A DNA stretch of 64,000 bases, taken from an uncultured delta proteobacterium (GTDB lineage: Bacteria > Desulfobacterota > Binatia > UBA9968). The notes under the pieces were generated by a model. The model searched no databases, was not told where the DNA came from, and saw nothing but the letters and a program-made list of their open reading frames with translations. Where the stretch lies: NCBI GenBank assembly GCA_963745035.1, contig CAVUVW010000021.1, positions 1 through 64,000 on the forward strand, read 5' to 3'. The position numbers and the translations under genes are program-made. Of the stretch, positions 28,763 to 38,922 are shown piece by piece (within the stretch, counting starts at the first letter, position 1; the number at the start of each line of letters is the position of its first letter).

Positions 28763-29290
28763 TCAGCCGATGACTCTATAATCGCCCCCCATATAGCTCT
28801 TGCAGAGGCTCACGTAGGTCGATGAACCCATCTTGATCCAATGCAACGCTTCGCCGGCGAGCTCCTTTTTGACTTTGGCCGGCGCGCCGGCGGCGAGCAC
28901 GCGCGGCGGGATTTTCGTATGCGGCACGACCACGCTGCCCGCGGCGATCAGCGCTTCTTCGCCGATCTCGACGTTCTCCAGAAGCGTGACGTTCATGCCG
29001 ATGATCGCGCCGCGTTTGATCAGCGGTCCTTCCATGATCGCGCCGTGGCCGATGGTGCAGTCTTCCTCGATGATCGTCGGCGCCTCGCCGGAATGGATAA
29101 CGCAGTTGTCCTGCACGCTGGTGCGCGCGCCGACGACGATGGGATTTTGATTCTGGTCCGAGCGGAGGACTGCGCCCCACCAGATGCTCGCTTCATCGCC
29201 CACCGTGACGTCGCCGATGACGACGGCCGTCGGCGCGATAAACGCGCTGGGCGAAATATTGGGCTTCTTGCCTTTGTATTCGATAATCAT
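28763..29290 (-). CDS. Gamma-carbonic anhydrase-like hexapeptide repeat protein
   Basis: FIAPTA.VIGDV.VG, GAVLR.D, VQDNCVIH, TIGHGA; the third Zn His appears replaced (GAIMEG). Confidence 0.85.
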   Translation of the reverse strand: MIIEYKGKKPNISPSAFIAPTAVVIGDVTVGDEASIWWGAVLRSDQNQNPIVVGARTSVQDNCVIHSGEAPTIIEEDCTIGHGAIMEGPLIKRGAIIGMNVTLLENVEIGEEALIAAGSVVVPHTKIPPRVLAAGAPAKVKKELAGEALHWIKMGSSTYVSLCKSYMGGDYRVIG

Positions 29291-29467
29291 ACGGCGCGCC
29301 TCCGTGTATTCCGATTACGATATTGGACGGCAGTCGGGAAATCAAGTTTGAGAGATCGCAGCGAGGCAATCATCGCGCGCTTGTCGCGCGAGACCTGCAA
29401 ACCCGCACAGTGAGAAAAATGGAACGATGGATACTGGAGTGGTGGAGTGGCGGGCGATCTGCGCCGA

Positions 29468-30697
29468 TTAGCTGCTTAGGCTGAAATTCTTCTCCGCCGT
29501 CTCGCAGATTTGCCGGCCGATGGCGAGGGACGCGGTTGCGCCGGGCGATGGGGCGTTGAGGATGTGAATGGTGTTTCGGCTCTGGCGGATGACAAAATCG
29601 TCGACCAGCGAGCCGTTAGCCGAAACGGCTTGGGCGCGCACTCCGGCGCCGCCGGCCACCAGATCGCTCTCGCGGATTTCCGGCAATAATTTTTGCAGCG
29701 CGCGCACGAAGGCCGCCTTGCTGAGCGAGCGGTACAGCTCGCCGAAACCGGTCTGCCAATATTTCCCGGTCATCGCCCAGAATCCTTTGAACGAAACGGT
29801 TTGCCAGAGATCCTTCACGTTGATGTTCGAGTGACGGTAGCCTTCGCGGGCGTAGGCGAGCACCGCGTTGGGGCCGGCCTCGACACCGCCTTTGGCCATG
29901 CGCGTGAAGTGAACGCCTAAAAACGGGAACGTCGGATCGGGCACCGGGTAGATCAAGTTTTTTACCAGGAATTGTCTTTCCGGAGCGATCTTGTAGTACT
30001 CGCCGCGAAACGGAATGATGCGGTGCTCCGGTTCGCCGGCGCGATCAGCGCCGCGCGTCATCTTGGCGATCAGGTCGGACTGCAGACCGCAGCAGTTGAT
30101 CAGATATTTGGTACGGTAGTCGCCACCGGAAGTCTGCAGGACGATCTCGTCGGAGCGTTCGAGAATTCCCGCCACTCGGTGCGACAGGCGAATATCGCCG
30201 CCGGCGTCGCGGAGCTTGCCGGCGTACGCGGCGGCGACCTTCTTGTAGTCGACGATGCCGGTTTCGGGGACGTAAAGTCCTTTGATGCCGATGGCGTGAG
30301 GCTCGAGCTCTTTCAATCTATCGGGGCCGATGATTTCCAGGTCGCGCAAACCGTTGGCTTCGCCGCGGCGGTGCAGTTCTTCCAGGCGCGGTAGCTCTTC
30401 CTGGCTGGTCGCGACGACGACCTTGCCGCAGATCTCGTACGGCACAGCGTTGTCGTCGCAGAATTGAATCAGCTCTTTGCGTCCGGCGACGCAGCTAAGA
30501 GCCTTCAGCGATCCCGGCCGATAATAGAGGCCCGAATGGATCACGCCGCTGTTGTTGCCGGTTTGATGGCGCGCGAGCTCGGCTTCCTTTTCCAACAGCA
30601 GCAGGCGCAAACGGGGATGGGCGGCGGTAATTTTCAGCGCGGTGGCGAGGCCGAGGATGCCGCCGCCGATGATCGTGAGGTCAACCCGGGAGGCCAT
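29468..30697 (-). CDS. lhgO: L-2-hydroxyglutarate oxidase
   Basis: IIGGGILGLA, HQTGNNSGVIHSGLYY.PGSLKA, PFRGEYY, IYPVPDP.FPFLGVHFT, AGVRAQA, NAPSPGATASL. Confidence 0.9.
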   Translation of the reverse strand: MASRVDLTIIGGGILGLATALKITAAHPRLRLLLLEKEAELARHQTGNNSGVIHSGLYYRPGSLKALSCVAGRKELIQFCDDNAVPYEICGKVVVATSQEELPRLEELHRRGEANGLRDLEIIGPDRLKELEPHAIGIKGLYVPETGIVDYKKVAAAYAGKLRDAGGDIRLSHRVAGILERSDEIVLQTSGGDYRTKYLINCCGLQSDLIAKMTRGADRAGEPEHRIIPFRGEYYKIAPERQFLVKNLIYPVPDPTFPFLGVHFTRMAKGGVEAGPNAVLAYAREGYRHSNINVKDLWQTVSFKGFWAMTGKYWQTGFGELYRSLSKAAFVRALQKLLPEIRESDLVAGGAGVRAQAVSANGSLVDDFVIRQSRNTIHILNAPSPGATASLAIGRQICETAEKNFSLSS

Positions 30698-30710
30698 AAT
30701 GGAATGCGCT

Positions 30711-30746
30711 TGTCCAAGTTGTTCAAATCGTTCAGGCCGTTCACGG
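30711..30746. repeat. 9-bp-period GTTCA array
   Basis: gtccaagtt gttcaaatc gttcaggcc gttcacgg. Confidence 0.6.
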
Positions 30747-30750
30747 AAAA

Positions 30751-31686
30751 CTATAAATGCAGCAGTCGGCGGGAATTTTTTTCCATGAAGCCTTTTATGT
30801 GCGCGGGGTCGGTTTGCGCGTTGATCGCCGCGAAGCCTTTGGTCAACGGGCCGAGCCCGCCGCAGTAGTCCGAGCCAAAGACGATGTTGTTCTCGCCCAT
30901 CTTGTCGATCAGAAATGCCAGCGTGCGCGCATCCGAGCTGGCACAGTCGATCAGGAAATGTTCGAGGAAGATCTCCGAGTAGCGCCGCTCGCCGTCGGGG
31001 CCCTTGTGCTTCCAGAAAAAACGATGGAGCAGAAGCGGCAGGCCGCCGCCGGAGCTGCGGATCACAATCTTCAAATTCGGATAGCGGTCGAACAGTCCGC
31101 TGGCGATCATGCGCAGGCAACACTCGGCGACTTCGCCGTCGGACAGCACGGCGTAGGCAACTCCCGCGCCGCCGTCTTCCAGACGCGCCAGAGAGGGATC
31201 CTGGGCAGTGCCGGCGCCGTGCAGAAAAATCGGCAGGTTGAGCTCCGAGATTTTCGCGAAGATCGGATCCATCTCGGGGGTGTCGACGAGCATCTTGCCG
31301 TCGACGTGGGGATAGAGCAGCACGGCGCGAAAACCTTGCTTGGCGGTGCGCTCGATCTCCGCCACCGAAGCGCCGAGGTTTTTGAGCGATAGCGCGGTGA
31401 CGCCCGAGAGTCGATCCTGATGACCTTCGAGCCGCTCGGCCAAGACGCTATTCGACATGCGGACGATCTCGAGCGCCTGGTCCGGCGGCAATTGATCGGC
31501 GTAAACACCGGCTCCCTGGCAAATCAGCTGGATATCGACTCCCGCTTCATCCATTTCCTTGGTGCGCTTGGCGAAATCCGGCGAATCGAAAGCGTCGATG
31601 TGCGGCCGCTTGCCGGTAAGCTCCTTGATGCGCTCGGAAATTTCCGGCGCCGTATGATGCGCATGCCAATCGATATTGGTTGCCAT
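30751..31686 (-). CDS. Amidohydrolase_2-family protein (ACMSD-like fold)
   Basis: IDWHAH, LPIFLH, FDRYPNLK, FGSDY. Confidence 0.82.
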   Translation of the reverse strand: MATNIDWHAHHTAPEISERIKELTGKRPHIDAFDSPDFAKRTKEMDEAGVDIQLICQGAGVYADQLPPDQALEIVRMSNSVLAERLEGHQDRLSGVTALSLKNLGASVAEIERTAKQGFRAVLLYPHVDGKMLVDTPEMDPIFAKISELNLPIFLHGAGTAQDPSLARLEDGGAGVAYAVLSDGEVAECCLRMIASGLFDRYPNLKIVIRSSGGGLPLLLHRFFWKHKGPDGERRYSEIFLEHFLIDCASSDARTLAFLIDKMGENNIVFGSDYCGGLGPLTKGFAAINAQTDPAHIKGFMEKNSRRLLHL

Positions 31687-31840
31687 GAAGATCTCCTTTG
31701 GCCCGGGCGTGCAAGTTCGGCATACTGCGCGCGCCGGCGCGAGTCAAGGGAGAGTCGGCGCTGGGCGCACGGCAAACCGCAGCGTATGAAAGCGCAGGCG
31801 CCGGGCGTCAGGAAGGCGCGGGCCTGCGCCGCCAAGAGGG

Positions 31841-32470
31841 TTACTTCGTCGGCGCGCCGGCGAATTCGGACTTGTCGCGCAGCCGGCGCAGCAGCTCTTC
31901 GTAGGACGATTTGGCGATGACGCGATTGAATTGCGAGCGATAGTTGTTCACCAAACTGATGTTCTCGGCAACCACGTCGTAGACTTTCCACTCGTTGCTG
32001 ACCAGGTGCGCTTTGTAATAGATGGAGTACTCTTCGCCGTTGCCGGTGACGATTTTGCTTCCCACGTCGGCAAATCCACCGTCGATTCTTTCGGTCAGAT
32101 ACACGATCTTCTCGTCGCTATACGACTCGATGATTTCCGCGTAGGCCCGTTCGAGGATTTCCGTAAAGAGCCGCACGAACTCTTCCTGTTCCTGGGGCGT
32201 GCGCCGGCGCCAGTTGGCACCGAGAGCGCGCTTGGCCATTTCGGTAAAATCAAAACGGGCAAACAATATCTGGCGTAGTTGGTCGCGCCGCTCTTTGATT
32301 CTTGCGGGCGGCTTCAAGCGCGGGTCTTTCAGCACCAACACCGCTTTGTCGACGGTGCCTTTGATCTGGTCAGTCGGCATGCCGGCGCGCGCGCTTCCGG
32401 CACAGAGCACAAGCGCGAAGAGCGCGGTAACACATGCTTTCCCAAACAAGTTATTTCCCCGTTGCATCAT
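31841..32470 (-). CDS. mlaC: Phospholipid-binding periplasmic protein MlaC/Ttg2D
   Basis: FDF.EMAKRALG.NW, WKVYDVV.ENISLVNNYRSQF. Confidence 0.9.
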   Translation of the reverse strand: MMQRGNNLFGKACVTALFALVLCAGSARAGMPTDQIKGTVDKAVLVLKDPRLKPPARIKERRDQLRQILFARFDFTEMAKRALGANWRRRTPQEQEEFVRLFTEILERAYAEIIESYSDEKIVYLTERIDGGFADVGSKIVTGNGEEYSIYYKAHLVSNEWKVYDVVAENISLVNNYRSQFNRVIAKSSYEELLRRLRDKSEFAGAPTK

Positions 32471-32933
32471 CTTTCTTCTCGCCCTTCGATGTCAGATCGC
32501 CGCCGACGATTTTGCCGATGAGGTCGGGAATATCCGGCGGCGACTCGGTCTCCCGGATTTTACCGCCCGGCGGAATAATTTTCTCCGACGCGCCCGGCGT
32601 GAGCAAAACGAACTTGTCGCCGATCAGGCCGCGTGCGCGCACCGATGCGATCACGTCTTCCTGCAGTTTTACTTCTTCGTTGAGGCGCAGCCGCAACCGG
32701 GCGCGCTCATCGTCAGAGAGGCCAAGAGAATCCACCCGCCCCACCCTGACTCCGGCGATTTCCACCGGGTCGCCGACCTTGAGACCAGCCACCGAGGGAA
32801 AATCAGCGGTGACAGTATAGCCGCTCGCGCCGAAAATTTCGAGCTTTCCGAGCTTGATGGCGAGATAGCCCAGGCATGCAATGCCGACGAGCACGAAAAG
32901 ACCGACGATGATTTCTGTGCGTGTATGGTTCAC
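32451..32933 (-). CDS. mlaD: MCE-domain protein MlaD
   Basis: E..VGLFV, F.SVAGLKVG.PV.IAGV.VG.V, GLIGDKFV.L.PG. Confidence 0.9.
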   Translation of the reverse strand: MNHTRTEIIVGLFVLVGIACLGYLAIKLGKLEIFGASGYTVTADFPSVAGLKVGDPVEIAGVRVGRVDSLGLSDDERARLRLRLNEEVKLQEDVIASVRARGLIGDKFVLLTPGASEKIIPPGGKIRETESPPDIPDLIGKIVGGDLTSKGEKKDDATGK

Positions 32934-32944
32934 TGCGCGATCTC

Positions 32945-33691
32945 CTATAAAACCGGGATGGGGCCTTCGGTCTCTGCTTGCAAGAATTGCCTGACCACGG
33001 GATTTTTCGACGCGATGAATTCCTCAGTGGTACCGATCTCGGTGATCGTCCCGTCGACCAGCATGGCGATGCGATCGGAGATCTTGAAAACTTCCGGAAT
33101 GTCGTGGCTGACGATCACGCCGGTAAACTGAAAGGCCGCGTGCATCTTGCGGATCAGCTGATGAATGCTTTTTCCAAGCAGCGGGTCGAGGCCGGTGGTC
33201 GGCTCGTCGAAGAGCATAATCTCGGGCTGGGTCACCAGCGCGCGGGCGAGGCCGGCGCGCTTTTTCATGCCGCCGCTGACTTCGGCCGGAAACTTGTAGC
33301 CCATACCATCCAGCCCGACCTGGGCCAGACTGTCCCGGACTTTTTTTTCGATCTCCGGTTCCTTGAGCCTGGTTTTTTCGCGCAGCGGGAAGGCGACGTT
33401 GTCGTAGACGGTCATCGAATCGAGCAGCGCGGCGCCCTGGAAAAGCACGCCGAACTTCCGGCGCACTTCGTTGAGCGCGCTTTGATTGAGCTTGGTAATG
33501 TCCTGGTCGTCGACGAAGACGCCGCCGCGGTCGGGCAGCAACAACGCGTTCAGGTGCTTGAGCAAAACCGTTTTGCCCGAGCCGCTGCCGCCGATGATCG
33601 TGGTGATCTTGCCGGCTTCGAGCTCGAGGTTGACGCCTTTGAGCACATGCTGGCGGCCGAAGGTCTTGTGCAAATCGACGACGCGAATCAT
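32945..33691 (-). CDS. mlaF: ABC ATPase MlaF
   Basis: Walker A GGSGSGKT, FQGAALLDS, SGGMKKR, DEPTTGLDP, SHD. Confidence 0.92.
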   Translation of the reverse strand: MIRVVDLHKTFGRQHVLKGVNLELEAGKITTIIGGSGSGKTVLLKHLNALLLPDRGGVFVDDQDITKLNQSALNEVRRKFGVLFQGAALLDSMTVYDNVAFPLREKTRLKEPEIEKKVRDSLAQVGLDGMGYKFPAEVSGGMKKRAGLARALVTQPEIMLFDEPTTGLDPLLGKSIHQLIRKMHAAFQFTGVIVSHDIPEVFKISDRIAMLVDGTITEIGTTEEFIASKNPVVRQFLQAETEGPIPVL

Positions 33692-33695
33692 GATT

Positions 33696-34466
33696 CTAGA
33701 GCATGACCGACGTCATGAAATAATTCCAAACCAGAATCATGACGAAGCACAGCACGACCGATTCGGTGGTCGCCTGGCCCACGCCGGTGGCCATCGGCGG
33801 AGCGTGAAACCCCTTGTAGCAGCAGATCCAGGTGATGATCAGGCCGAAGCTCACGGATTTCAAAAAGCCGCTGAGGACGTCCTTGAAGACGACGCTCAAC
33901 TCCATGCCGGAGAAGTAGCTGCCGGAGCTCACGCCGAGGAGATGGACGCCGACGACAAAAGCGCCGTAGATCGCCACCACGTCGAAAATCGCCGTGAGCA
34001 GCGGCATCGAGATCAGGCCGGCGATGATCCGCGGCGTGACCAAATATTGGATCGGATTGATCGCCATCGAATAGAGCGCGTCGATCTGCTCGGAGACTTT
34101 CATGCTGGCGAGCTCCGCGGCCATGGCCGAGCCGGTCCGGCCGGTGACCATGAACGCCGACAGCACCGGGCCGAGCTCGCGCAAGATACCCAGCGCCACG
34201 GCGGAGCCGAGAAAATTTTCCGCATTGAATTTTCTGAGACTGTAGTAGCCTTGCAGCCCCATCACCATGCCGGTAAATACGCCGGAAAGAATCACCACCG
34301 ACAGCGATTCGACGCCGATGCCGCGGATATGGTGCACGATCAAGCGCAGCCGCGCCGGCGGGCGAAACGCCCAGGCGAACGCCGAGAGCAGAAATAGAAA
34401 GGTCCGCCCCATGTCGGCCGTATTCTGGATCGTGAAACGGCCGAGCCGCCCGATGAAAGAAGGCAT
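33696..34466 (-). CDS. mlaE: ABC permease MlaE
   Basis: LRELGPVL.A..V.GR.GSA.AAEL.SM.V.EQIDAL..M.I.P..YLV.PR; GVG.ATT.SVV. Confidence 0.92.
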   Translation of the reverse strand: MPSFIGRLGRFTIQNTADMGRTFLFLLSAFAWAFRPPARLRLIVHHIRGIGVESLSVVILSGVFTGMVMGLQGYYSLRKFNAENFLGSAVALGILRELGPVLSAFMVTGRTGSAMAAELASMKVSEQIDALYSMAINPIQYLVTPRIIAGLISMPLLTAIFDVVAIYGAFVVGVHLLGVSSGSYFSGMELSVVFKDVLSGFLKSVSFGLIITWICCYKGFHAPPMATGVGQATTESVVLCFVMILVWNYFMTSVML

Positions 34467-34517
34467 ATATTGTCTTGGGGGAAATTTGTGTTACTAGTCC
34501 CAGGCTAATACCGAATC

Positions 34518-35339
34518 ATGGGCGCTTTTTCAAGAATCTCGGGACGCGCGGCAGCGCGGGATCGGCGCTGGAACACATCCGCGCGCACGCGGCAGTTTGT
34601 CGAGACGCTGCCCGGCGAGACTCTCGACGCGCTGTTCGACGGGCGCTTGGCTCTGGCGCAGAGCCGCGCGGGTTATCGATTTTCTATCGACGCACTCCTG
34701 CTCGCGCATTTCGTTTCGGTGCAACGAACGGACAAGATCGTCGATCTCGGCTGCGGCAACGGCGTCGTCGCCCTCGCGCTCGCCAGCCTGCACTCGTCGG
34801 CGACGATCACCGGCGTCGAGCTGCAGGCGGCGATGGTCGAACGCGCGCGGCGCAACGCGCGCTTGAATGATCTCGCCGGCCGCGTTCAGATCGTGCACGG
34901 CGACGCGCGCCGCGCCAATCCGCCGCCCGGCGCGGGCGGCTTCGACGTCGCGATATGCAATCCGCCTTACCGGGGCGCGGGCAGCGGGCGGATCAGCGCC
35001 GGCGACGAGCGGCGGATCGCGCGCCACGAGCTCAACGGCGACCTCGGCGATTTTGTCGGCGCGGCGGCGCGGTTGTTGAGAAACAAAGGCCGCGCCGCTC
35101 TGGTCCATCTGGCGCTGCGCTGCGCCGACGTGCTGGTGGCGCTGCGACGGGCCGGCGTCGAGCCCAAGCGGCTGCGCATGGTGCATTCCTTTGAAGACGC
35201 CGAAGCTTCCTTGCTGCTGGTCGAAGGCGTGAAGGGCGGCAGAGCGGGCATGAAAGTGCACAGGCCGTTGATCCTGTATCGCCCCGACAGGAGCTACAGC
35301 GACGAAGCGGCGGCGATGATCGCGGGCAAGCGCGGGTGA
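34518..35339 (+). CDS. tRNA1(Val) A37 N6-methyltransferase-like SAM methyltransferase
   Basis: Q...GYRFSIDALLL, DLGCGNG, CNPPY, IARHE, EPKRLR.V. Start codon uncertain. Confidence 0.85.
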   Translation: MGAFSRISGRAAARDRRWNTSARTRQFVETLPGETLDALFDGRLALAQSRAGYRFSIDALLLAHFVSVQRTDKIVDLGCGNGVVALALASLHSSATITGVELQAAMVERARRNARLNDLAGRVQIVHGDARRANPPPGAGGFDVAICNPPYRGAGSGRISAGDERRIARHELNGDLGDFVGAAARLLRNKGRAALVHLALRCADVLVALRRAGVEPKRLRMVHSFEDAEASLLLVEGVKGGRAGMKVHRPLILYRPDRSYSDEAAAMIAGKRG

Positions 35340-35355
35340 TTGCGGCTCGCGGCGG

Positions 35356-35832
35356 TCAGCGGTCGATGGGATGTTTCGGCCTTCGGCGCGAATAACTTTT
35401 CAGCAGCTTGCGAAACGCCTCGCGAATCTCCGGATCGGCGATCGACTGCAAAAAATCCTCGTTCACCGTTGCTGCGATATTCTCCGCGGGGTCGTGCGGC
35501 GCCGTTTCGGTCTCCGCGCTCGGCTCGATGCGCCCGACCATGAAAAAAATATTTTTGACGGTCTCGCCTCGGAGGCGGTGATTGAGCTTTCCCGCGATCA
35601 TGTCTTTCATGAATTGCAGTTGCTGCATCCACACCGGGCTGGAAACTTTTACGAAAAGGGTGCCGTTGCGGATCTTTTCGGGCTGAGCGTTGCGGGCGAT
35701 CACCTGGCCGACGACATCGTTCCAGATCGGCCAAACTGCGTAATCGTTCAGGCGCGCGGCGAGATCCAGGCGCTTGAGCGACTGCTCCAACACCGCGCCG
35801 AGGCTTTCCGTTGAAAGGGTCTTTTTAGCCAT
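35356..35832 (-). CDS. DUF721/DciA-family protein
   Basis: W..VVG..IA.NAQP..IRNGTLFV.VSSPVW.QQL.F. Confidence 0.82.
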   Translation of the reverse strand: MAKKTLSTESLGAVLEQSLKRLDLAARLNDYAVWPIWNDVVGQVIARNAQPEKIRNGTLFVKVSSPVWMQQLQFMKDMIAGKLNHRLRGETVKNIFFMVGRIEPSAETETAPHDPAENIAATVNEDFLQSIADPEIREAFRKLLKSYSRRRPKHPIDR

Positions 35833-35991
35833 TTTGTCCGCGTGAAGACGTTACCAGATACGAAACTTGGACTCCAGGCTGTTTTTCGTGCCGGCCCGCG
35901 CGCGTGCTGAATTCTTCAAAAGCGGCGAAAAGTCACAACAAATTCTCGGCGAAAAAATTATCATTGACAAACCGGATGTAAGTTTTTAAAA

Positions 35992-36039
35992 GTACAAAAT
36001 CTAGTGCATTTCTGATTCCGACCACACCATATATTGGGA
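35992..36039 (+). promoter_or_regulatory. Tandem NrdR boxes downstream of a TTGACA (35964-35969)
   Basis: gtaCAAAATCTAGtgc (35992-36007) and acaCCATATATTGgga (36024-36039) match acaCwAtATaTwGtg; 32 bp apart; upstream of an RNR gene. Confidence 0.8.
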
Positions 36040-36067
36040 ATTTCATAAAGGGGAAGGAGTAAAGACG

Positions 36068-38833
36068 ATGGCTACAGGTACCTCTCAGGCGGCCGATTTT
36101 GGCGCTTCTCAAGGGGCTTCGACCAAGGCAAAAACCGGGCTCAAAATCACGCGTTATTTCAGCCGCGCCGGGGTGAGCCCCTACGACGAGGTCGATTGGG
36201 AGCTGCGCCATGCCGCGATCGCCAACGAGAAGGGCAAGGTCGTCTTCGAGCAAAACAACGTCGAGATCCCCAAAGCGTGGTCCTTGATGGCTACCCAAGT
36301 AGTGGTGTCCAAGTACTTCCGCGGCCCGCTCGGCACGCCGCAGCGCGAGCACAGCGTGCGCCAGATGATCGGACGGGTGGTCGATACGATCACCGGCTGG
36401 GGCCGCAAGGACGGCTATTTCGCCGGCGCCGACGACGCCCAAGCTTTTTCCGACGAGTTGACCCACATTTTGCTCCACCAGAAAGCCTGTTTTAACAGCC
36501 CGGTCTGGTTCAACTGCGGCATCGAGGAAAAGCCCCAGTGCTCGGCCTGCTTTATCCTGTCGGTGGAAGACACCATGGATTCGATCCTCGACTGGTATCG
36601 CAAGGAAGGTGTGATCTTCAAAGGCGGTTCGGGCTCCGGCGTCAATCTTTCCAAGATCCGCTCCTCCAAGGAGCAGTTGGCCGGCGGCGGCACGGCGTCG
36701 GGACCGGTCTCCTTCATGAAAGCCGCGGACGCTTCGGCGGGGGTGATCAAGTCCGGCGGCAAGACCCGGCGCGCTGCCAAGATGGTGGTTCTGGATATCG
36801 ATCATCCCGACATCGAAGAGTTCATCAAGTGCAAGGTGGAAGAAGAAAAGAAGGCTTGGGCGCTGATCGAAGCGGGCTACGATTCGAGCCTCGACGGCCC
36901 GGCCTACGGCAGCGTGTTTTTCCAGAACGCGAATAACTCGGTGCGCGTGACCGACGACTTCATGCGCGCGGTTCAAGAGGACCGCGAGTGGCAAACCAAA
37001 TACATCCGCAACGGCGAGCCCTGCGAAACCTTCAAGGCGCGCGAGCTTTTACGCATGATCGGCGAGAGCACGTATTTCTGCGGCGACCCCGGCATGCAGT
37101 ACGACACCACGATCAACGACTGGCACACCTGCTCGAACACGGCGCGCATCAACGCGTCCAATCCATGCTCGGAATACATGCATCTGGACAACTCGGCGTG
37201 CAATCTGGCGTCGCTCAATCTGCTCAAGTTTCTGCGCGACGACGGCGTGTTCGACACCGAGGCGTTTCGCCGGGCGGTCGATATCGTAATCTTGGCGCAG
37301 GATATCCTGATCGATAATTCCTCGTATCCGACGGCCGAGATTGCCGCCAACGCGCACGCGTTTCGCGAGCTCGGCATGGGCTACGCCAATCTCGGCGCGC
37401 TGCTGATGTCGCTTGGTCTGCCGTACGATTCGGATGCGGGCCGGGCTTATGCCGCGGCGGTGACGGCGTTGATGTCGGGGCAGGGCTATCTGCAATCGAG
37501 TCGCAATGCCGCCGCCACGGGCGCTTTTGAAGGCTACGAGGTGAACCGCCAGCCGATGCTGCGGGTGCTGAACAAGCACCGCTCCCACGCCTACAAGATC
37601 TCGCCGTCGCACGTGCCGCTCGATCTGCTCACCGCAGCGCGCGAAGCGTGGGATCTCGCCTGCGCCGAGGCCGAGCAAAACGGCGTGAAAAACTCGCAGA
37701 TTTCCGTGCTGGCGCCGACCGGCACCATCGCTTTCATGATGGACTGCGACACTACCGGGGTGGAGCCCGACATCGCGTTGATCAAATATAAGAAGCTTGT
37801 CGGCGGCGGCATGTTGAAGATCATTAACACTACGGTGCCCCGCGCCCTGAAGCGCTTGGGTTACGACGTCAAGCAGAGCCAGGAAATCGTCGAGTACATC
37901 GAAGAACACGACACCATCGAAGGGGCGCCACATCTCAAAGATGAGGATCTGGCAGTGTTCGATTGCGCTTTTAAAGCGGAAAAGGGCAGCCGCACTATTC
38001 ACTATATGGGGCATGTGAAGATGATGGGAGCTGTGCAGCCGTTTATCTCCGGCGCGATTTCCAAGACCATCAACATGCCCAATGACGCAACGATAGAAGA
38101 TGTCATGCATGCGTATATGGAGTCGTGGAAGCTTGGACTTAAGGCCATCGCGATCTATCGCGACGGCTCCAAGCGCACCCAGCCGCTTAACACTGCCAAG
38201 GACAAGGAAGAAGTGAAAGCAGCCGCGGCGGAGAACAAGGAAGCTCGGCCGCTTCGGCGTCGGCTTTCTGACGAACGACCCTCGATCACCCACAAGTTCG
38301 ACATCGCAGGCCACGAGGGCTATATCACGGTCGGAAAATATGAAGACGGCCAGCCGGGAGAGATTTTCATTAGAATGTCGAAGGAGGGCTCGACGATCTC
38401 AGGTTTGATGGATTCCTTCGCCACCGCAGTATCCATGTCGCTTCAATACGGCGTGCCGCTCCGGGTTTTGGTCGACAAATTCAGCCATATGCGTTTCGAA
38501 CCATCGGGGTTTACGAAGAATCCCGATGTCCCGCATGCGAAGTCTATCATGGACTACATCTTCCGCTGGCTCGCTAGTAAGTTTCTTGATGCCGCCGCGC
38601 AGCAAGAAGTAGGTATCGTCAGGCCGGAAGGCGACGAAGACATGCAGCCAAAGAAAATGGTCTCCATTGCTACGCACGCGCCGCGCGGCGGCGCGCCCGT
38701 GGCGACTATCAGCAGCGTGACGAGTCTCTACCAGCAGGATGCGCCGCCCTGTCCGGACTGCGGCGCGATCATGATCCGCAGCGGCGCCTGCTACAAATGC
38801 ATGAACTGCGGCGCGGTGAGCGGCTGCTCCTGA
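36068..38833 (+). CDS. nrdJ: Class II (B12-dependent) ribonucleotide reductase
   Basis: FNSPVWFN, PQCSACF, GGKTRRAAKM, SNPCSE, CNLASLN, APTGTI, GAISKTIN, AIYRDGSK; C-terminal TSCPD domain and Zn ribbon ending GCS. Confidence 0.96.
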   Translation: MATGTSQAADFGASQGASTKAKTGLKITRYFSRAGVSPYDEVDWELRHAAIANEKGKVVFEQNNVEIPKAWSLMATQVVVSKYFRGPLGTPQREHSVRQMIGRVVDTITGWGRKDGYFAGADDAQAFSDELTHILLHQKACFNSPVWFNCGIEEKPQCSACFILSVEDTMDSILDWYRKEGVIFKGGSGSGVNLSKIRSSKEQLAGGGTASGPVSFMKAADASAGVIKSGGKTRRAAKMVVLDIDHPDIEEFIKCKVEEEKKAWALIEAGYDSSLDGPAYGSVFFQNANNSVRVTDDFMRAVQEDREWQTKYIRNGEPCETFKARELLRMIGESTYFCGDPGMQYDTTINDWHTCSNTARINASNPCSEYMHLDNSACNLASLNLLKFLRDDGVFDTEAFRRAVDIVILAQDILIDNSSYPTAEIAANAHAFRELGMGYANLGALLMSLGLPYDSDAGRAYAAAVTALMSGQGYLQSSRNAAATGAFEGYEVNRQPMLRVLNKHRSHAYKISPSHVPLDLLTAAREAWDLACAEAEQNGVKNSQISVLAPTGTIAFMMDCDTTGVEPDIALIKYKKLVGGGMLKIINTTVPRALKRLGYDVKQSQEIVEYIEEHDTIEGAPHLKDEDLAVFDCAFKAEKGSRTIHYMGHVKMMGAVQPFISGAISKTINMPNDATIEDVMHAYMESWKLGLKAIAIYRDGSKRTQPLNTAKDKEEVKAAAAENKEARPLRRRLSDERPSITHKFDIAGHEGYITVGKYEDGQPGEIFIRMSKEGSTISGLMDSFATAVSMSLQYGVPLRVLVDKFSHMRFEPSGFTKNPDVPHAKSIMDYIFRWLASKFLDAAAQQEVGIVRPEGDEDMQPKKMVSIATHAPRGGAPVATISSVTSLYQQDAPPCPDCGAIMIRSGACYKCMNCGAVSGCS

Positions 38834-38862
38834 GGCGATGCGGCGGGGCTGGGTTGCAAAAG

Positions 38863-38897
38863 CAAAGGACCGGCAAAGAATTTTTGCCGGTCCTTTG
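38863..38897. terminator. Probable bidirectional intrinsic terminator
   Basis: CAAAGGACCGGCAAA / TTTGCCGGTCCTTTG 15-bp stem between convergent genes. Confidence 0.75.
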
Positions 38898-38922
38898 TTG
38901 TGACGCAAGGACGAGCGCGGGC

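Noticed and set aside
29468-31123. 551-aa N-terminally extended LhgO in the ORF track
   Set aside because: The extension overlaps the upstream amidohydrolase in another frame; the Rossmann motif starts at MASRVDL (30697).
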